DNA of 50,352 nucleotides from a virus. Taxonomy: Duplodnaviria > Caudoviricetes. Shown piece by piece: positions 35,174 to 45,473 of the stretch. The stretch lies in IMG/VR virus record IMGVR_UViG_3300048902_000029, positions 1 through 50,352 of that record. One strand, written 5' to 3'. Under the pieces are notes generated by a model that worked only from the letters and a program-made list of their open reading frames with translations, was not told the DNA's origin and did no database searches. The number at the start of each line of letters is the position of its first letter. The stretch's first letter is position 1. Made by a program: the position numbers and the translations under genes.

Positions 35174-38100
35174 CAGTTCACCATCCCGGCAAGTTCCCAG
35201 CCAAGCTGTGCGGACGTCTTACGTGGGTCAATCTCTTGAGTGTTGATGGTCGTGTTGAGGTTGACCACCTTACTCGAAGCCTGACCTGAATAACCTGGCA
35301 GCAGAGGCGGAGTGCCACTCACGTTACCGATAGGTACAGGATTGAACATCGTCGCAGCACTCAGAGCGTTGCCACTCTCGTTCATCTTCTTGACGTAGCC
35401 ATTGACGTAGCCGAGTGCAGTGTTCCTACCAATCTCGGCGAAGACAGTCGACGGCGACTTGATGCCAAGCTTCTTCTTGATCTCCTTCACCAAAGCGTTG
35501 GCGATGTTCGTCATCTCTCTGGTGATGTTCTTGATCTGGCTGTTGAGGCCATTCATCAAACCCTTGGCAGCATTGATGCCTGCATTGTACAGGTCACCAG
35601 CAACCTTCGTTCCAGTGTCTCCAGCCATCTTACGGATCTGAGCTTGGATGGAACTGATCTGCTTGAGGTCAGCTGTGGAGGAGTGGGTCAATGTATTAAC
35701 CATAGCCCCCGCAGCATCAACACCCTGTGAAGCAAGGTCGGCTACTGTCTGCTTGTCTAGGCCACGCTTAGCCAGATCCTGAAGACCCTTAGCGAAGGCA
35801 GCTACTGCCTGAAGACGTGTCTTCAGACCTGCAATCATTGTGGTCGAGGAAGCTTTCTGTGCGTCGTCCAACGACGTTAGATCAGCACTAGCCGCGATCG
35901 ATTCCTTGATCTTGCCTGCTAGGTCATTGCGAACCTTGAGCTGGTCGTTATAGCTCTTAGTAGCTGCAGCAAGCTTGGTCTGAAGCGACGCTCGCTTAGC
36001 TGCGTCAGCGTTCAGCTTCTTGCTGTCCTTACTGAGCCTCTTCGACCAGGCGTCCCACTTGGTCTTCTTCCAGTTCTTACTGATGTCAGCATCCATGATC
36101 GACTTCTTCACGGCCTGCGTCAGCTTGAACATCTGGTCGCTAACCTTCTTAGCGTTGCCAGAGATACCGAGGACGAAGCCTCGGACAACGTTCGCACCAA
36201 TGTCCTTGAAGACCTTCGATGGTGACGCGATGTGGAGTTTTGCCTTAGCGGCATTAATTGCCGTCGAGGCTAGGTTGGCTGCAGCGTCAGCTGCTGCACC
36301 GACCATCCCCTGAATACCACCGATGAGACCTTGGATCATGTTACGACCGGCATCAACGAGCCATGCACCCGCACCACTGAAGGCGCCTCGAATGGACCCG
36401 ATGGCTGCACGGATGGTGTTCTGCGCGTTGCCCATACCCTTCGAGATGGAACTGACCCAACTGACGATCGCACTAATGGCAATCCTGAAGATGCCAATGA
36501 CCATCTGAATGGAGCCGTACAGGAACCTGAACGTGTTGATCGCGAGAGTGATACCTACACGTGCCAAGTAGATGAACGCTCCGGCACCTGCGATTAGGCC
36601 CTTGATGAGGGTGCCTGCGAAGAACGCCGCCAGCATAGCAGAGGCTGCAACTACCTTCCCAAGGAACATGATCACGGGAAGGATGGATGCCTTGTTGTTA
36701 TTCCACCAGATTGTGGCGTCCTTGATAGCTGGGATCACCTGACTGTTGATGACATCCGCAGCAGTCTTGAATGCACCTGCAAGTTGGTTCTTGACGAACT
36801 CAGCAACAGTCTGAGCCATCGGCAACAAGTTAGTACGAGCCCAAGCCACGAAGCCTTGAATGGCAGGCAGTACAGACGTCTCGATAACTGATGCCAACGA
36901 CTTGATAGCAGGCATCAGGTTCGTCATGAATGCCTGGTACACACCCTGTGCGAAGCTCACAAGGATCTGCCAGCCAGCCTGAACGGTGTTCCAGACAGTC
37001 AACAGCATGTCACGGAAGTTCTGGCTACGCTGGTAGGCCATATAGATGGCTGCACCGAAGCCTATGACTATTGCAACGATTGCTGTCAATGCTGCACCTA
37101 CACCCACCACGACACCAATGATGGGAAGCATTGCAGAACCTGCCGCGACGACAGTTCCAATTAGTCCTACAAGGGCACCTACAACAACAATCACGGCACC
37201 GGCAATGATGCTAAGTACTGAACCCCAAATCATGAACTGCGCAATGGTCTGCTTAGCACCAGGAGACAACTTGTTGAACCAGTCAACCAGTCGCGAGACA
37301 CCTCCGACTAGCTGAAGGAACGCAGGCAGTAGTGCCTGACCTATAGCCAGCTTCAATGCCATCCAGTTGTTATGCAACAACTGACTCTTAGCCGACACTG
37401 AGCCAGCCATCTCGTTGTAGGCACTCTGGAATGCACCCTTGTCGGTGGCGAAGGTCTTGATCTGGTTCTGGAAGAGTTCGAGGCCACCCTTAGTGAGCAG
37501 CATGTTCTGCAGGAAGCGCCGAGCCTCAATAGTCGAGCCAGCACCCTTAAGGGTCTCGAGGATCGACTTGACGCGATCCTCCTTAGGCATCTTCTCGAGC
37601 TCGTTGCGCCAGTCAGTAAGGACATCAACCATTGGTCGGAAGTTACCATTGGCATCACGAGACGCTACGCCAATGTTCTCGAGTGCCGCTTCTGTCTTCG
37701 GGTTCGACATGGCATCGAAGGCTCGAGCAACGGCCGTACCTGATCGAGCGGAGCTGACACCCAACCGTGTGGAGGTTGCAAGCGCAGCTGCCATCGTGTC
37801 GATCGACTGGCCTGCACGAACAGCTGAAGGCGTAACCAGACCAATACGCTGCGCCCACTCCTCGTACGTACCAACACCCTCACGAACCAGCTTGAACTGA
37901 ACGTCGAGGACCTTGTTGACGTCCTTGAAGGGAATCTGATACGCATTCATCAAACCGATCGTCGCACGCGATGCGGTCTGAATGTCAGTGTTACCAGCAA
38001 CGGCAGCCTTGGCGAATGACGTCAACAGCTTCTCAGCCTGAGGCAGGTTTGCTTCTGTCGAGGAGAAGACATCGAACAGAGCTTCCTGAACGCCCTCGAA

Positions 38101-38601
38101 TGGTACAGCAATCTTACTCGCCACTCGAAGGCCTATGTCACCAAGGCTAGCCAGGCTAGGCTTGTACTTCTTGTCAACCTGCGTGAAGGTCAGACGGACT
38201 TGCTTGTCCCAGTCAGCGGCGACCTGCACAGCCTTACTTAGGCCATACAGAGTCGCCGCTCCTCCAACGGCAATGGCTGCACCAGCGATAATTGAGGCAT
38301 GACCAACATTGTTGATCGACTCACCTAGCTTCTGATGCTTCTTAACAGTTCTGTCAATCGTCTTAGCTTGGTCATCCCAAGCCCGTGCAGACGACTGCAA
38401 TGCGCGTACTTGATCAGCAGTGGCTCCTGAAGCCTTTGCCTGAACGGCCTGTGCACGCAATGCAGCCGCCCGCGCACGTGCAGAAGCAGCATCGGCAGCG
38501 GCGCTCGCCTTCCTCATGTTCCCTGCGACATTGTTGAAGGACTTGCTAGCCTCATCCTTCGCACGGATCATGAGGAGGATGTCACGAACGGTTGCTGGCA
38601 C
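35173..38601 (-). CDS. Tape measure protein
   Basis: 1142 aa, Ala-rich helical, central hydrophobic stretch, two I.SPS.VF motifs. Confidence 0.93.
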   Translation of the reverse strand: MPATVRDILLMIRAKDEASKSFNNVAGNMRKASAAADAASARARAAALRAQAVQAKASGATADQVRALQSSARAWDDQAKTIDRTVKKHQKLGESINNVGHASIIAGAAIAVGGAATLYGLSKAVQVAADWDKQVRLTFTQVDKKYKPSLASLGDIGLRVASKIAVPFEGVQEALFDVFSSTEANLPQAEKLLTSFAKAAVAGNTDIQTASRATIGLMNAYQIPFKDVNKVLDVQFKLVREGVGTYEEWAQRIGLVTPSAVRAGQSIDTMAAALATSTRLGVSSARSGTAVARAFDAMSNPKTEAALENIGVASRDANGNFRPMVDVLTDWRNELEKMPKEDRVKSILETLKGAGSTIEARRFLQNMLLTKGGLELFQNQIKTFATDKGAFQSAYNEMAGSVSAKSQLLHNNWMALKLAIGQALLPAFLQLVGGVSRLVDWFNKLSPGAKQTIAQFMIWGSVLSIIAGAVIVVVGALVGLIGTVVAAGSAMLPIIGVVVGVGAALTAIVAIVIGFGAAIYMAYQRSQNFRDMLLTVWNTVQAGWQILVSFAQGVYQAFMTNLMPAIKSLASVIETSVLPAIQGFVAWARTNLLPMAQTVAEFVKNQLAGAFKTAADVINSQVIPAIKDATIWWNNNKASILPVIMFLGKVVAASAMLAAFFAGTLIKGLIAGAGAFIYLARVGITLAINTFRFLYGSIQMVIGIFRIAISAIVSWVSSISKGMGNAQNTIRAAIGSIRGAFSGAGAWLVDAGRNMIQGLIGGIQGMVGAAADAAANLASTAINAAKAKLHIASPSKVFKDIGANVVRGFVLGISGNAKKVSDQMFKLTQAVKKSIMDADISKNWKKTKWDAWSKRLSKDSKKLNADAAKRASLQTKLAAATKSYNDQLKVRNDLAGKIKESIAASADLTSLDDAQKASSTTMIAGLKTRLQAVAAFAKGLQDLAKRGLDKQTVADLASQGVDAAGAMVNTLTHSSTADLKQISSIQAQIRKMAGDTGTKVAGDLYNAGINAAKGLMNGLNSQIKNITREMTNIANALVKEIKKKLGIKSPSTVFAEIGRNTALGYVNGYVKKMNESGNALSAATMFNPVPIGNVSGTPPLLPGYSGQASSKVVNLNTTINTQEIDPRKTSAQLGWELAGMVN

Positions 38602-38830
38602 GACGCTCCGCCTCTCTCTTCGCTTCGTCCCTCATCAACTTCTCGGACGTAGCACTTGCTATCGCATCGAAGACGTACATCAACCTAGCAGGCTGATCCA
38701 ACACACCACCAGCGTAAGGGAGTTGACTGAAGTCCTTACAGAAGTGGTACAAGTTCAAGTAGGTGACTTCGTCGGCTTCGGGCTTGCGGTTCAGGACAAT
38801 AGATGCCCTGAGCCGCTGCGTCAGTTTCCC
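38582..38830 (-). CDS. Tail assembly chaperone -1 frameshift extension (gpGT-like)
   Basis: Slippery G GGA AAC at 38830-38824; -1 frame open to TGA at 38582, encodes LPYAGGVLDQP. Confidence 0.75.
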   Translation of the reverse strand, partial: GKLTQRLRASIVLNRKPEADEVTYLNLYHFCKDFSQLPYAGGVLDQPARLMYVFDAIASATSEKLMRDEAKREAERRASNRS

Positions 38831-39192
38831 TCGTCGATATCCGCGAAGCTGTTGATCTCGTCGATGTAGGTTCCCACCTCGTCACCGATCTTAGCCGTCA
38901 GCTTCTTCGTGTCGGACTCGTTCTTGAAGTTGAGGGTACGTCCATCGGTGTCCTGGAGGTTGTGCTCCATCACGAGGTTGGCGAAGTCCCACAAGGTGAT
39001 GCGCTGCGTCTCCATCGACACCTCGCCCACGTAGTCGGTCTGCTTGTTCTCCTTGAGGAGCTTCATCGCACCGGTCATACCGGAACGGTAGATCTTCTCG
39101 CCGTACGTCATCTCACGGATCACGACGTAGGCACCCGGAAGGCTCTTGAGCTCCTTGCGGGTGGGCTCTGTGGTGATAACTGCTACCGGCAT
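38821..39192 (-). CDS. Tail assembly chaperone (gpG-like)
   Basis: GGGAG RBS; lies between the major tail and tape measure genes. Confidence 0.8.
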   Translation of the reverse strand: MPVAVITTEPTRKELKSLPGAYVVIREMTYGEKIYRSGMTGAMKLLKENKQTDYVGEVSMETQRITLWDFANLVMEHNLQDTDGRTLNFKNESDTKKLTAKIGDEVGTYIDEINSFADIDEGN

Positions 39193-39354
39193 TTTTGTTC
39201 TCCCTCGGAACAGTAAATCAACTACCTCTGCGAACCACCATAGGCCGTAGAGTACTGCTAAGGACTTGAAGATTGCCTCAATCATCTTCGTCCCTTGTTA
39301 CACCCGAGACCGTATGAAGCTTACAGAACTCCACACGGCCTCGGGATCCATCTC

Positions 39355-40284
39355 CTAAACGATGTTCACGGCGTTCTTGGAGATGAGCGTGTAGGATGCG
39401 GTAGCAGGTCCGACGAGACACTGGTAGGCCAGGCTCGCACGAACCAGGTCACCCTGACCACTCAGGTTCACCTCGTAGGTGTCCTTCAGCGATACGGGCG
39501 TGAGGACCGAGATGAGCTCAGTCGCCGACTTCGTTGCCGACCAGGTGATCGTCTGTGCCGTCATGGCCTTGAAGGCGTCGTAGTCGGTACGTGTCTGGAA
39601 GTCACGCTCAATCGTGAGCGTAACCTCTCGCTCCCCGAACTTGACGAAGTTCGCTCCACGCCCAGACGACTTGAGACGGTACTGCGGCTCAGCGTTGTCG
39701 TTGACAGTGAACTCGAAGGTGTCAGCGTCAGTGACGGGCGACGCGGTCGGGATCTCGATGCTGTACTGACCCATACCGAACGGCGTTGAGGTAGGCCACG
39801 TAGGCGTCGGAACGGACTGGACGGCCTCGTCGGCACCTACGATGCTGACGTTGTACGTGAGCGTACCGTCGTCGACACCGAATGCGAACTGACTCACGAC
39901 ACAGCCGACGTAGGCGAAGCAGATACCGTCACGGACGATCGTGATGCTCATCGTCTTGGCAGGCACGGCGTTCGCGTTCGGCGTACCGGTGTAGACGTAA
40001 GGACCAGCGCCCGTCTTCACGACGTCCATACGAGAGGCGTTCATGAAGTATGCTACCGCGTCGGCAGTGGCATCCATCTCGATGTCACCCTCGGTGTGCG
40101 CGTTGCCGGGCACAGCGTAGGTGACGTCGGGGCTGTTTCGAATGGACCGCCGGAAGTTCGTCTCCTGCTGGTAAGTCAGAGACTCGCTGTTGAACGGAAC
40201 GTATGCGACGGGTGCGGTGTACGTACCCGACACGGTCTCGAGGGCGATACCCATGATACCGCCCGCGCCAACACCATATGCCAT
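39355..40284 (-). CDS. Major tail tube protein
   Basis: G.A.E...GT...P N-terminus, Y.GC.V, biased codons, synteny. Confidence 0.85.
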   Translation of the reverse strand: MAYGVGAGGIMGIALETVSGTYTAPVAYVPFNSESLTYQQETNFRRSIRNSPDVTYAVPGNAHTEGDIEMDATADAVAYFMNASRMDVVKTGAGPYVYTGTPNANAVPAKTMSITIVRDGICFAYVGCVVSQFAFGVDDGTLTYNVSIVGADEAVQSVPTPTWPTSTPFGMGQYSIEIPTASPVTDADTFEFTVNDNAEPQYRLKSSGRGANFVKFGEREVTLTIERDFQTRTDYDAFKAMTAQTITWSATKSATELISVLTPVSLKDTYEVNLSGQGDLVRASLAYQCLVGPATASYTLISKNAVNIV

Positions 40285-40571
40285 TACTTCGCCTCCTTGC
40301 GAACGGTCTTACCGGGCACGGCGGCTGCGTTCAGCTTGGCGACGTCTTTCTCCTGCTGCGCAAGCGCGTCGGCTTCTCGAGTGTCCTCAGCGTCGCCAAG
40401 CTTCTCGATGTCGAAGCCGTGGTGCTTCAACAGCTCGTTGATGTCAACGCCACTCATCTGCTGACACATCTTCAGTTCGTCCTGTGAGAAGGTCTTCGTC
40501 TCACCCTCGGCGAACACGGCAAGGAAGTCGACGGTGCGAGCCTCACCAGTGTTCGTGACCTTGTAGAGCAT
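40284..40571 (-). CDS. Hypothetical virion-module protein
   Basis: Coupled ORF. Confidence 0.6.
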   Translation of the reverse strand: MLYKVTNTGEARTVDFLAVFAEGETKTFSQDELKMCQQMSGVDINELLKHHGFDIEKLGDAEDTREADALAQQEKDVAKLNAAAVPGKTVRKEAK

Positions 40572-41038
40572 CAAGCCCCCAACATCGTCTTGGTCTTACC
40601 GGTCCACGTTAGGCGGACGGCGTGCATCAATGTCTTGCCTTGGTTCTTGTAACTGTACCCTGGTTCGACACCCGTCACGTAGCCGTGAATTAGGATGCCA
40701 CCATCTCCAGAGCGTTCGAGTGTAGGCAGAGTGTCAAGGTACCTAACGATGCCTTCTGCACACTGTTCCGCTTGAAGCTTGTCGAGCTGATTGTCCTGAA
40801 CCTTAGCCCAGTAGATCAAGATGTAGGTGATCAGGTCGTTCTCAGTCCTACGAGGGACTCCAGCCAGCGCACGAACCGTCGGACCACTTTCGACACATAC
40901 GGTTGGTGTTACACCTACACGGCTCTGATCGCCGTAGAGGATCTGTGCATCTGTCCCTAGTAGTGCCACCTTGTTGTCCTGCAGCAGCAGTAGGATCCTC
41001 TGCGCTTGCTCGGAAGGGAACTGAGCTGGCGTTGCCAT
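40571..41038 (-). CDS. Tail terminator / completion protein
   Basis: Synteny and size. Confidence 0.6.
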   Translation of the reverse strand: MATPAQFPSEQAQRILLLLQDNKVALLGTDAQILYGDQSRVGVTPTVCVESGPTVRALAGVPRRTENDLITYILIYWAKVQDNQLDKLQAEQCAEGIVRYLDTLPTLERSGDGGILIHGYVTGVEPGYSYKNQGKTLMHAVRLTWTGKTKTMLGA

Positions 41039-41736
41039 CAGATGTCAGCCTCCCTAACCTTGGTCTCGATCCACTCGACGAAGATGAGTTCGATCGCGTC
41101 AATGTCTTCGTCCTGGAACACTGCAAACGGTCGAGCAGGGATCGCAGAAACGCTATTGGGTGCAGCCCCATGAGTAGCGGTCCTCTTGTCAAAAATCTTC
41201 ATGGCTAGCTTGCTGACTTCATCGTCGCTAGCTTCAGAGCCCAAAGACTTCTTGGCAGCATTCTTGTACTTGTCGAACCACTTGCCTCCACCGAAGTCGT
41301 TACCCTCACGACCACCCTGGTGAACCTTACCGTACCAGACCTTGCCAGGCAGATCACGAATCGTGGCAGTGGTGGCTCCGATAGACCAGATGTCCTCACT
41401 GGACGCTGTCTCAGCCAATGCACCAGACCGTACGAGGATCATGCCCGTGTCTTTACGATGCTGCAAAGTCTGATCAGCCAACGGCTCCCAGGCAGGTCTA
41501 CCACCGGACACGAAATTCTCGAGAATCGAGATGGTCATGACATCCTTGACACCTCGACGGAGAGGCACTCGGAGATCCTTGAACTCGTCACCAAGAACTG
41601 TTAGCTTCTTGGCTACGATGCCCAGCGAGGGCTTGAACTCGAACGACGTGATCATCCGGTCGAATCGGATGCCGTCGATGGCTCCAGCAATCTGAGCAGC
41701 AGACATCATGCCGGTAGCGGGATTCTCTCCAGCCAT
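41038..41736 (-). CDS. Virion morphogenesis (Mu gpG-like) neck protein
   Basis: F...G.P.W.PL..., IL.RSG.L, Y..VHQ.G, IPARPF. Confidence 0.8.
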   Translation of the reverse strand: MAGENPATGMMSAAQIAGAIDGIRFDRMITSFEFKPSLGIVAKKLTVLGDEFKDLRVPLRRGVKDVMTISILENFVSGGRPAWEPLADQTLQHRKDTGMILVRSGALAETASSEDIWSIGATTATIRDLPGKVWYGKVHQGGREGNDFGGGKWFDKYKNAAKKSLGSEASDDEVSKLAMKIFDKRTATHGAAPNSVSAIPARPFAVFQDEDIDAIELIFVEWIETKVREADI

Positions 41737-41745
41737 GTCTCCTCC

Positions 41746-42201
41746 TCAGAACACTTGATCCATTGTGAAGTACGGGCCATACGGTCGACCGTAACGGTCA
41801 ACGCTCGCGTCTGTGGGGTAGTGACCAGGAAGACCGTCACCCGCACCGGAGTCACCGATATCCGTTACACCAGGAATGTCGATGGCGCTTGTTTCGATCG
41901 CCGTTAGCAACGCCATAGCACCCGAGCGAAGTAGTGCAGCGTAAGCCGAGAGGTCAGTATCCTCTGAGTACTGACGGTCAATGATCCAAGCGATGTACAA
42001 CTTCGCAAGGATCGTCTTCACCATCTGTGGAGTGTTTGCCGAGCTAGTCCAGCCTGAAGTGTCACCCACAACACTGATGTGTGCAAGTACCTCCGACTGA
42101 ACCTGACCGAGCAACTCAGAGTCAAGCGTCACGAGGGCAGGAGCCAGCTTGGTCTTCTCACCCCATGCCGACGCTTCGGGCAAGGTAATTAGGTCAGCCA
42201 T
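41746..42201 (-). CDS. Head-tail adaptor
   Basis: Synteny; P.MV..I.AKL motif. Confidence 0.6.
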   Translation of the reverse strand: MADLITLPEASAWGEKTKLAPALVTLDSELLGQVQSEVLAHISVVGDTSGWTSSANTPQMVKTILAKLYIAWIIDRQYSEDTDLSAYAALLRSGAMALLTAIETSAIDIPGVTDIGDSGAGDGLPGHYPTDASVDRYGRPYGPYFTMDQVF

Positions 42202-42219
42202 GCTAACTCCTTCCTAGCG

Positions 42220-42259
42220 GGGAGGGACCTCGTTGCCGACGAACGCGGAGGTCCCTCCC
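42220..42259 (-). terminator. Stem-loop after the head genes
   Basis: GGGAGGGACCTC/GAGGTCCCTCCC inverted repeat. Confidence 0.6.
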
Positions 42260-42270
42260 ACTGTGAGCTC

Positions 42271-42558
42271 CTAGGACTGCGACCGGCCGGGCGCTGCCTT
42301 AGAAGCCGAGGCCTTGGCAGCTGCCGGCTTGCTGTCACTCGCCTCAGGACCTTCGTCCGACGGCTCCGCCTCGTCTTCCTCAGGCTTGGTGCGAGTGAGG
42401 GCTCCAGCATTCCAGAGCTGCGTCATGACCTCTTTGGAAAGGCCCTTGATCTCGTCTCCGGGCTCGAAGGTGTGCGGGACGTACTTACCGTCCTGCGAGC
42501 CATCCTCTTGGCGTTCACCGGCCTTGATCCGAGTGACCGCATAGAACGTGTCAGCCAT
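42271..42558 (-). CDS. Small head-associated protein
   Basis: AAGGAGG RBS; F.PGD.I...L...GA motif. Confidence 0.65.
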   Translation of the reverse strand: MADTFYAVTRIKAGERQEDGSQDGKYVPHTFEPGDEIKGLSKEVMTQLWNAGALTRTKPEEDEAEPSDEGPEASDSKPAAAKASASKAAPGRSQS

Positions 42559-42559
42559 C

Positions 42560-42766
42560 TCAGGCCTCCTTGACCTCTACGATGTACTGCTTCGTGACGT
42601 CGAACGGACTGTTCTCCGCACTAGTCACCTTCTGACTCAGATCGACCTGAGTCGCGTCGCTGCCCGGAAGATGACGGGTGAGCGACGCCGTGTACTTGTT
42701 CAGCTCAGCGTGACTGACCGACACGTCGAGAGCCGATGAAGTAAACACCACGTCGCCCGTCGTCAC
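42560..42766 (-). CDS. Small hypothetical protein after the capsid gene (68 aa)
   Basis: GTGA overlap with the capsid stop; MTTGDVVFTSSALDV... Confidence 0.55.
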   Translation of the reverse strand: MTTGDVVFTSSALDVSVSHAELNKYTASLTRHLPGSDATQVDLSQKVTSAENSPFDVTKQYIVEVKEA

Positions 42767-43740
42767 AGCGCCAGCAGCACGTTCTTCATCAGGTAACCAG
42801 CAACGATCTTGCCGGAACCGTCGAGGGCAGTGTTCTTGATGTCGTAGCGACGACGAACGCGAATCACGTCCGACACCCGCTTCTCTTCGCGCCAGCGGTC
42901 CACGAACTGAGGACCCCAGCGGAACTCGTACCCGTACGCCGGGGTCTTCAGACCCGGACGGTCTGGCACGTAGGCCAGCACCACGTCGTCGCCCCAGACG
43001 TAACCGAGGGTCTCGGTCGCACCGTAGTTGACAGCGGTGTTGTAGCCGGCACCAGGCATGACCCACTTCTGGATGCCGAAGATGGCAGCCATCAGTTCCT
43101 CAGAGAAGATCGCACGCTCCGAGTACATGATCCGGTTGAGGAACTTCGCGTGGTCCTGGATCGCAGCCATGACCTGGTAGGGCATGACGACGGTGTTGGG
43201 ACGCATGAAGAGCTTCGAGTGCACGGCCTGGATACCCACGCGGAAGTCCGCGATCGGGTCAGAGCCTGCGACGTCACCAGAGTCCCACTGGTCGACACCC
43301 GCGAGCGTAACCGAGTTACCAGTCGCGTAGTTCGCAGCAGTCGTAGCGAGGTTCCGGATGATCAGCTCGCGGCCCAGGATGATCTTGGACGTGACGAGCT
43401 CAGTGGCATCACGGTCAGGACTGAGAGGCGAGTCGACGTTCTCCCGCTCCTCATCCGTGACGGCGATCTGAAGGGCGTGCTCCTTGGCGAAGTACGGCTG
43501 CGTCGAGACCTGCATGCCAGGGATCTCGTTCGCTTCGGTACCCGGCGCACGCTCGTCGCCACGCTCGGGAAGCCAGGACTCACGTCCGTAGACGTAGTAC
43601 AGGTCCGACTGCTTCTGGACCTGGACGGCGGGGAACAACTGCTCACCAGCGAATTCACCCTGCGGCCAGCCGATGCTGATCTGCGTGAGGATCTTGTCGA
43701 TGTGAACGTTGCCAGCACCGTTGGGGTTCCAAACTGCCAC
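42763..43740 (-). CDS. Major capsid protein
   Basis: 325 aa, strongly biased codons, LT.ISIG, LFP.V.V, RAPGT, P..GY.F; synteny. Confidence 0.88.
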   Translation of the reverse strand: MAVWNPNGAGNVHIDKILTQISIGWPQGEFAGEQLFPAVQVQKQSDLYYVYGRESWLPERGDERAPGTEANEIPGMQVSTQPYFAKEHALQIAVTDEERENVDSPLSPDRDATELVTSKIILGRELIIRNLATTAANYATGNSVTLAGVDQWDSGDVAGSDPIADFRVGIQAVHSKLFMRPNTVVMPYQVMAAIQDHAKFLNRIMYSERAIFSEELMAAIFGIQKWVMPGAGYNTAVNYGATETLGYVWGDDVVLAYVPDRPGLKTPAYGYEFRWGPQFVDRWREEKRVSDVIRVRRRYDIKNTALDGSGKIVAGYLMKNVLLAL

Positions 43741-43758
43741 GGTATCTCTCCTTTCTGG

Positions 43759-44160
43759 TTACGGAAGGACCGGGCCGGCGACCGGCGTGAGCAGGACGTC
43801 GATCCACTGACCTGCTCCGGTGGCAGCCTGCATGGCGATACCGTGACGGAACTGGGTAGACACGGCCGTCTGAGCAAGCCCAGTGGCCGTAGGTGCGACG
43901 AAGGCACCGAGCGAGATCGCTGCGGCAGCCTCCACCTTGCTGATGCCCAGGATGCGGACATCGACCTGAACGTTGCCGGACGCAGAGTCAGCAGCGTCGA
44001 CACGCATCTGCGAGACGCCGATGCAAATGTCGGTGATCGCCGATGCCTGCACGACGAGGTTCTCACCACCGGCGAACTTCATGAAGCGGTAGATCGACTG
44101 AGCCGCGCCCGAGTTCGAGAGGTTGAAGCCCTTGTCGAGAACGTAGTTGGGACCTGCCAT
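43759..44160 (-). CDS. Capsid cement / decoration protein (DUF2190-like)
   Basis: IGVS...V.V...G...VEA.AAI..G..V.....G.A. Confidence 0.75.
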   Translation of the reverse strand: MAGPNYVLDKGFNLSNSGAAQSIYRFMKFAGGENLVVQASAITDICIGVSQMRVDAADSASGNVQVDVRILGISKVEAAAAISLGAFVAPTATGLAQTAVSTQFRHGIAMQAATGAGQWIDVLLTPVAGPVLP

Positions 44161-44173
44161 GACTTACCTCCCC

Positions 44174-45409
44174 CTAGATCTTGAAGCTGTACGACTCGGC
44201 CTGGTACCGCTTGAAGAGGTCCGCGTCGCTCGCGAACACGTCGGTCATGGCGTCAGCGTAGCTGAGCTCCTTGCCCGTCGTCTCCTTGAACTGCTTGCGC
44301 TGCGTGGCGATCTTCTCCTCGGCCTCGTCAGAAGCCGACTTGCCGTTCACGTTGACCGTGACCGACCCGTTGGAGCCGAGCTCACCGAGCTGCACCGAAG
44401 TGGTACCACTCTGAATGAGCTTCAGCAGGGCGTGGATACCCTCGTGGAGCTGGACCGGCGTCTTGGCGAGAAGCTTCGCAGCCTCGTCGACGAGCGCAGG
44501 CGCCAGGATGTTCTGACCCGTACGGTACTCGTTCAGCTTGACGCTGATCTCCGACAGCTTGGCGGACTGCTCGAGAGCCTCCATCCGCTTGCGCGTGTCA
44601 GCACGCTCAGCCAGGAGAATCGCGATCGCCGGGTTGGTCTTGGCGAGCTCCGAGAGCTGAACGTCCTCGGGGGTGATCGCCTTGCCGTCCTTGTCGACCT
44701 TGCCAGCAGTCGAGGCATCGTACGGAAGACCGTCGACGCGACCCTGAGGGTCGGTCGCAGCGTTGTTCGGAGCGTGCGTGGTTGCCGTCTTGTCGACGTT
44801 GGCCGGATTCTGCAGGGACTCGACCTTGGCAAAGACCTGCTCGTCGGTCGCGTCCTCAGGCAGACCCAGCTTCTTGCGAAGCTCCTTCGGGTCCATACCG
44901 GTTCCTTCCTTTTTGGTTTCGGTCAGCTGCTTCTCGAACTGCAGCTCACTCAGGTTGACCGGAAGCAGGTCCTTGAGAAAGGGCCTGTTCGTGATCCCGC
45001 CTCCGAAGAGGACGTCTTTGTGCGTGGTGCCTGAGGCATCCTGCCACTCGTCCTGGAACTCAGGACTGAAGTAGCGGTATGCCTTCTCTTTGATCTTGTC
45101 GACAGCGGACTTCGTCCAGTCGACGAGGAGGTGCAAAGCATCCCCTTCGACCTTGGCATCCTCAACCCAACCAGCAGCCTCGTTCCCCTTTGTGGGGTCC
45201 GTCTTGTGGTCGTAGTCGATGTCGAGGGCAATGCCACGAGTCTTGTTCTTGACACTGTCGGCAAAGCGCTTCAGCCGGTCCGGCGTGAAGCTAATCCTGC
45301 CGTGCAGCGGGTGCTGATACTCGCCTACTCGCATTGCAACGATCCACGACTTGTTTGCGTCGTTGAGCTGAATGCCTCGAAGGTCTGCATAGTAACCAAA
45401 GCGTGCCAT
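44174..45409 (-). CDS. Mu gpI-like prohead protease / scaffold
   Basis: DYDH...AAGW, WT, YRYFSPEF, TNRPF; internal AAGGAAGG-ATG (MDPKELR) suggests a nested scaffold start. Confidence 0.88.
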   Translation of the reverse strand: MARFGYYADLRGIQLNDANKSWIVAMRVGEYQHPLHGRISFTPDRLKRFADSVKNKTRGIALDIDYDHKTDPTKGNEAAGWVEDAKVEGDALHLLVDWTKSAVDKIKEKAYRYFSPEFQDEWQDASGTTHKDVLFGGGITNRPFLKDLLPVNLSELQFEKQLTETKKEGTGMDPKELRKKLGLPEDATDEQVFAKVESLQNPANVDKTATTHAPNNAATDPQGRVDGLPYDASTAGKVDKDGKAITPEDVQLSELAKTNPAIAILLAERADTRKRMEALEQSAKLSEISVKLNEYRTGQNILAPALVDEAAKLLAKTPVQLHEGIHALLKLIQSGTTSVQLGELGSNGSVTVNVNGKSASDEAEEKIATQRKQFKETTGKELSYADAMTDVFASDADLFKRYQAESYSFKI

Positions 45410-45438
45410 TTATTCACCTCCCGGACTCGGCTAACCTG

Positions 45439-45468
45439 ATTATATAGTGGATAGTGCTTGGATCTCAA
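45439..45468 (-). promoter_or_regulatory. Promoter for the capsid operon
   Basis: TTGAGA-18 bp-TATAAT on the - strand; shares CTATATAATCAGGT with the terS promoter. Confidence 0.65.
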
Positions 45469-45473
45469 GTACG

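Noticed and set aside
42767-43066. Long version of ORF 42560..43066
   Set aside because: The upstream part is an off-frame shadow of the capsid gene; the coupled GTG at 42766 is the plausible start.
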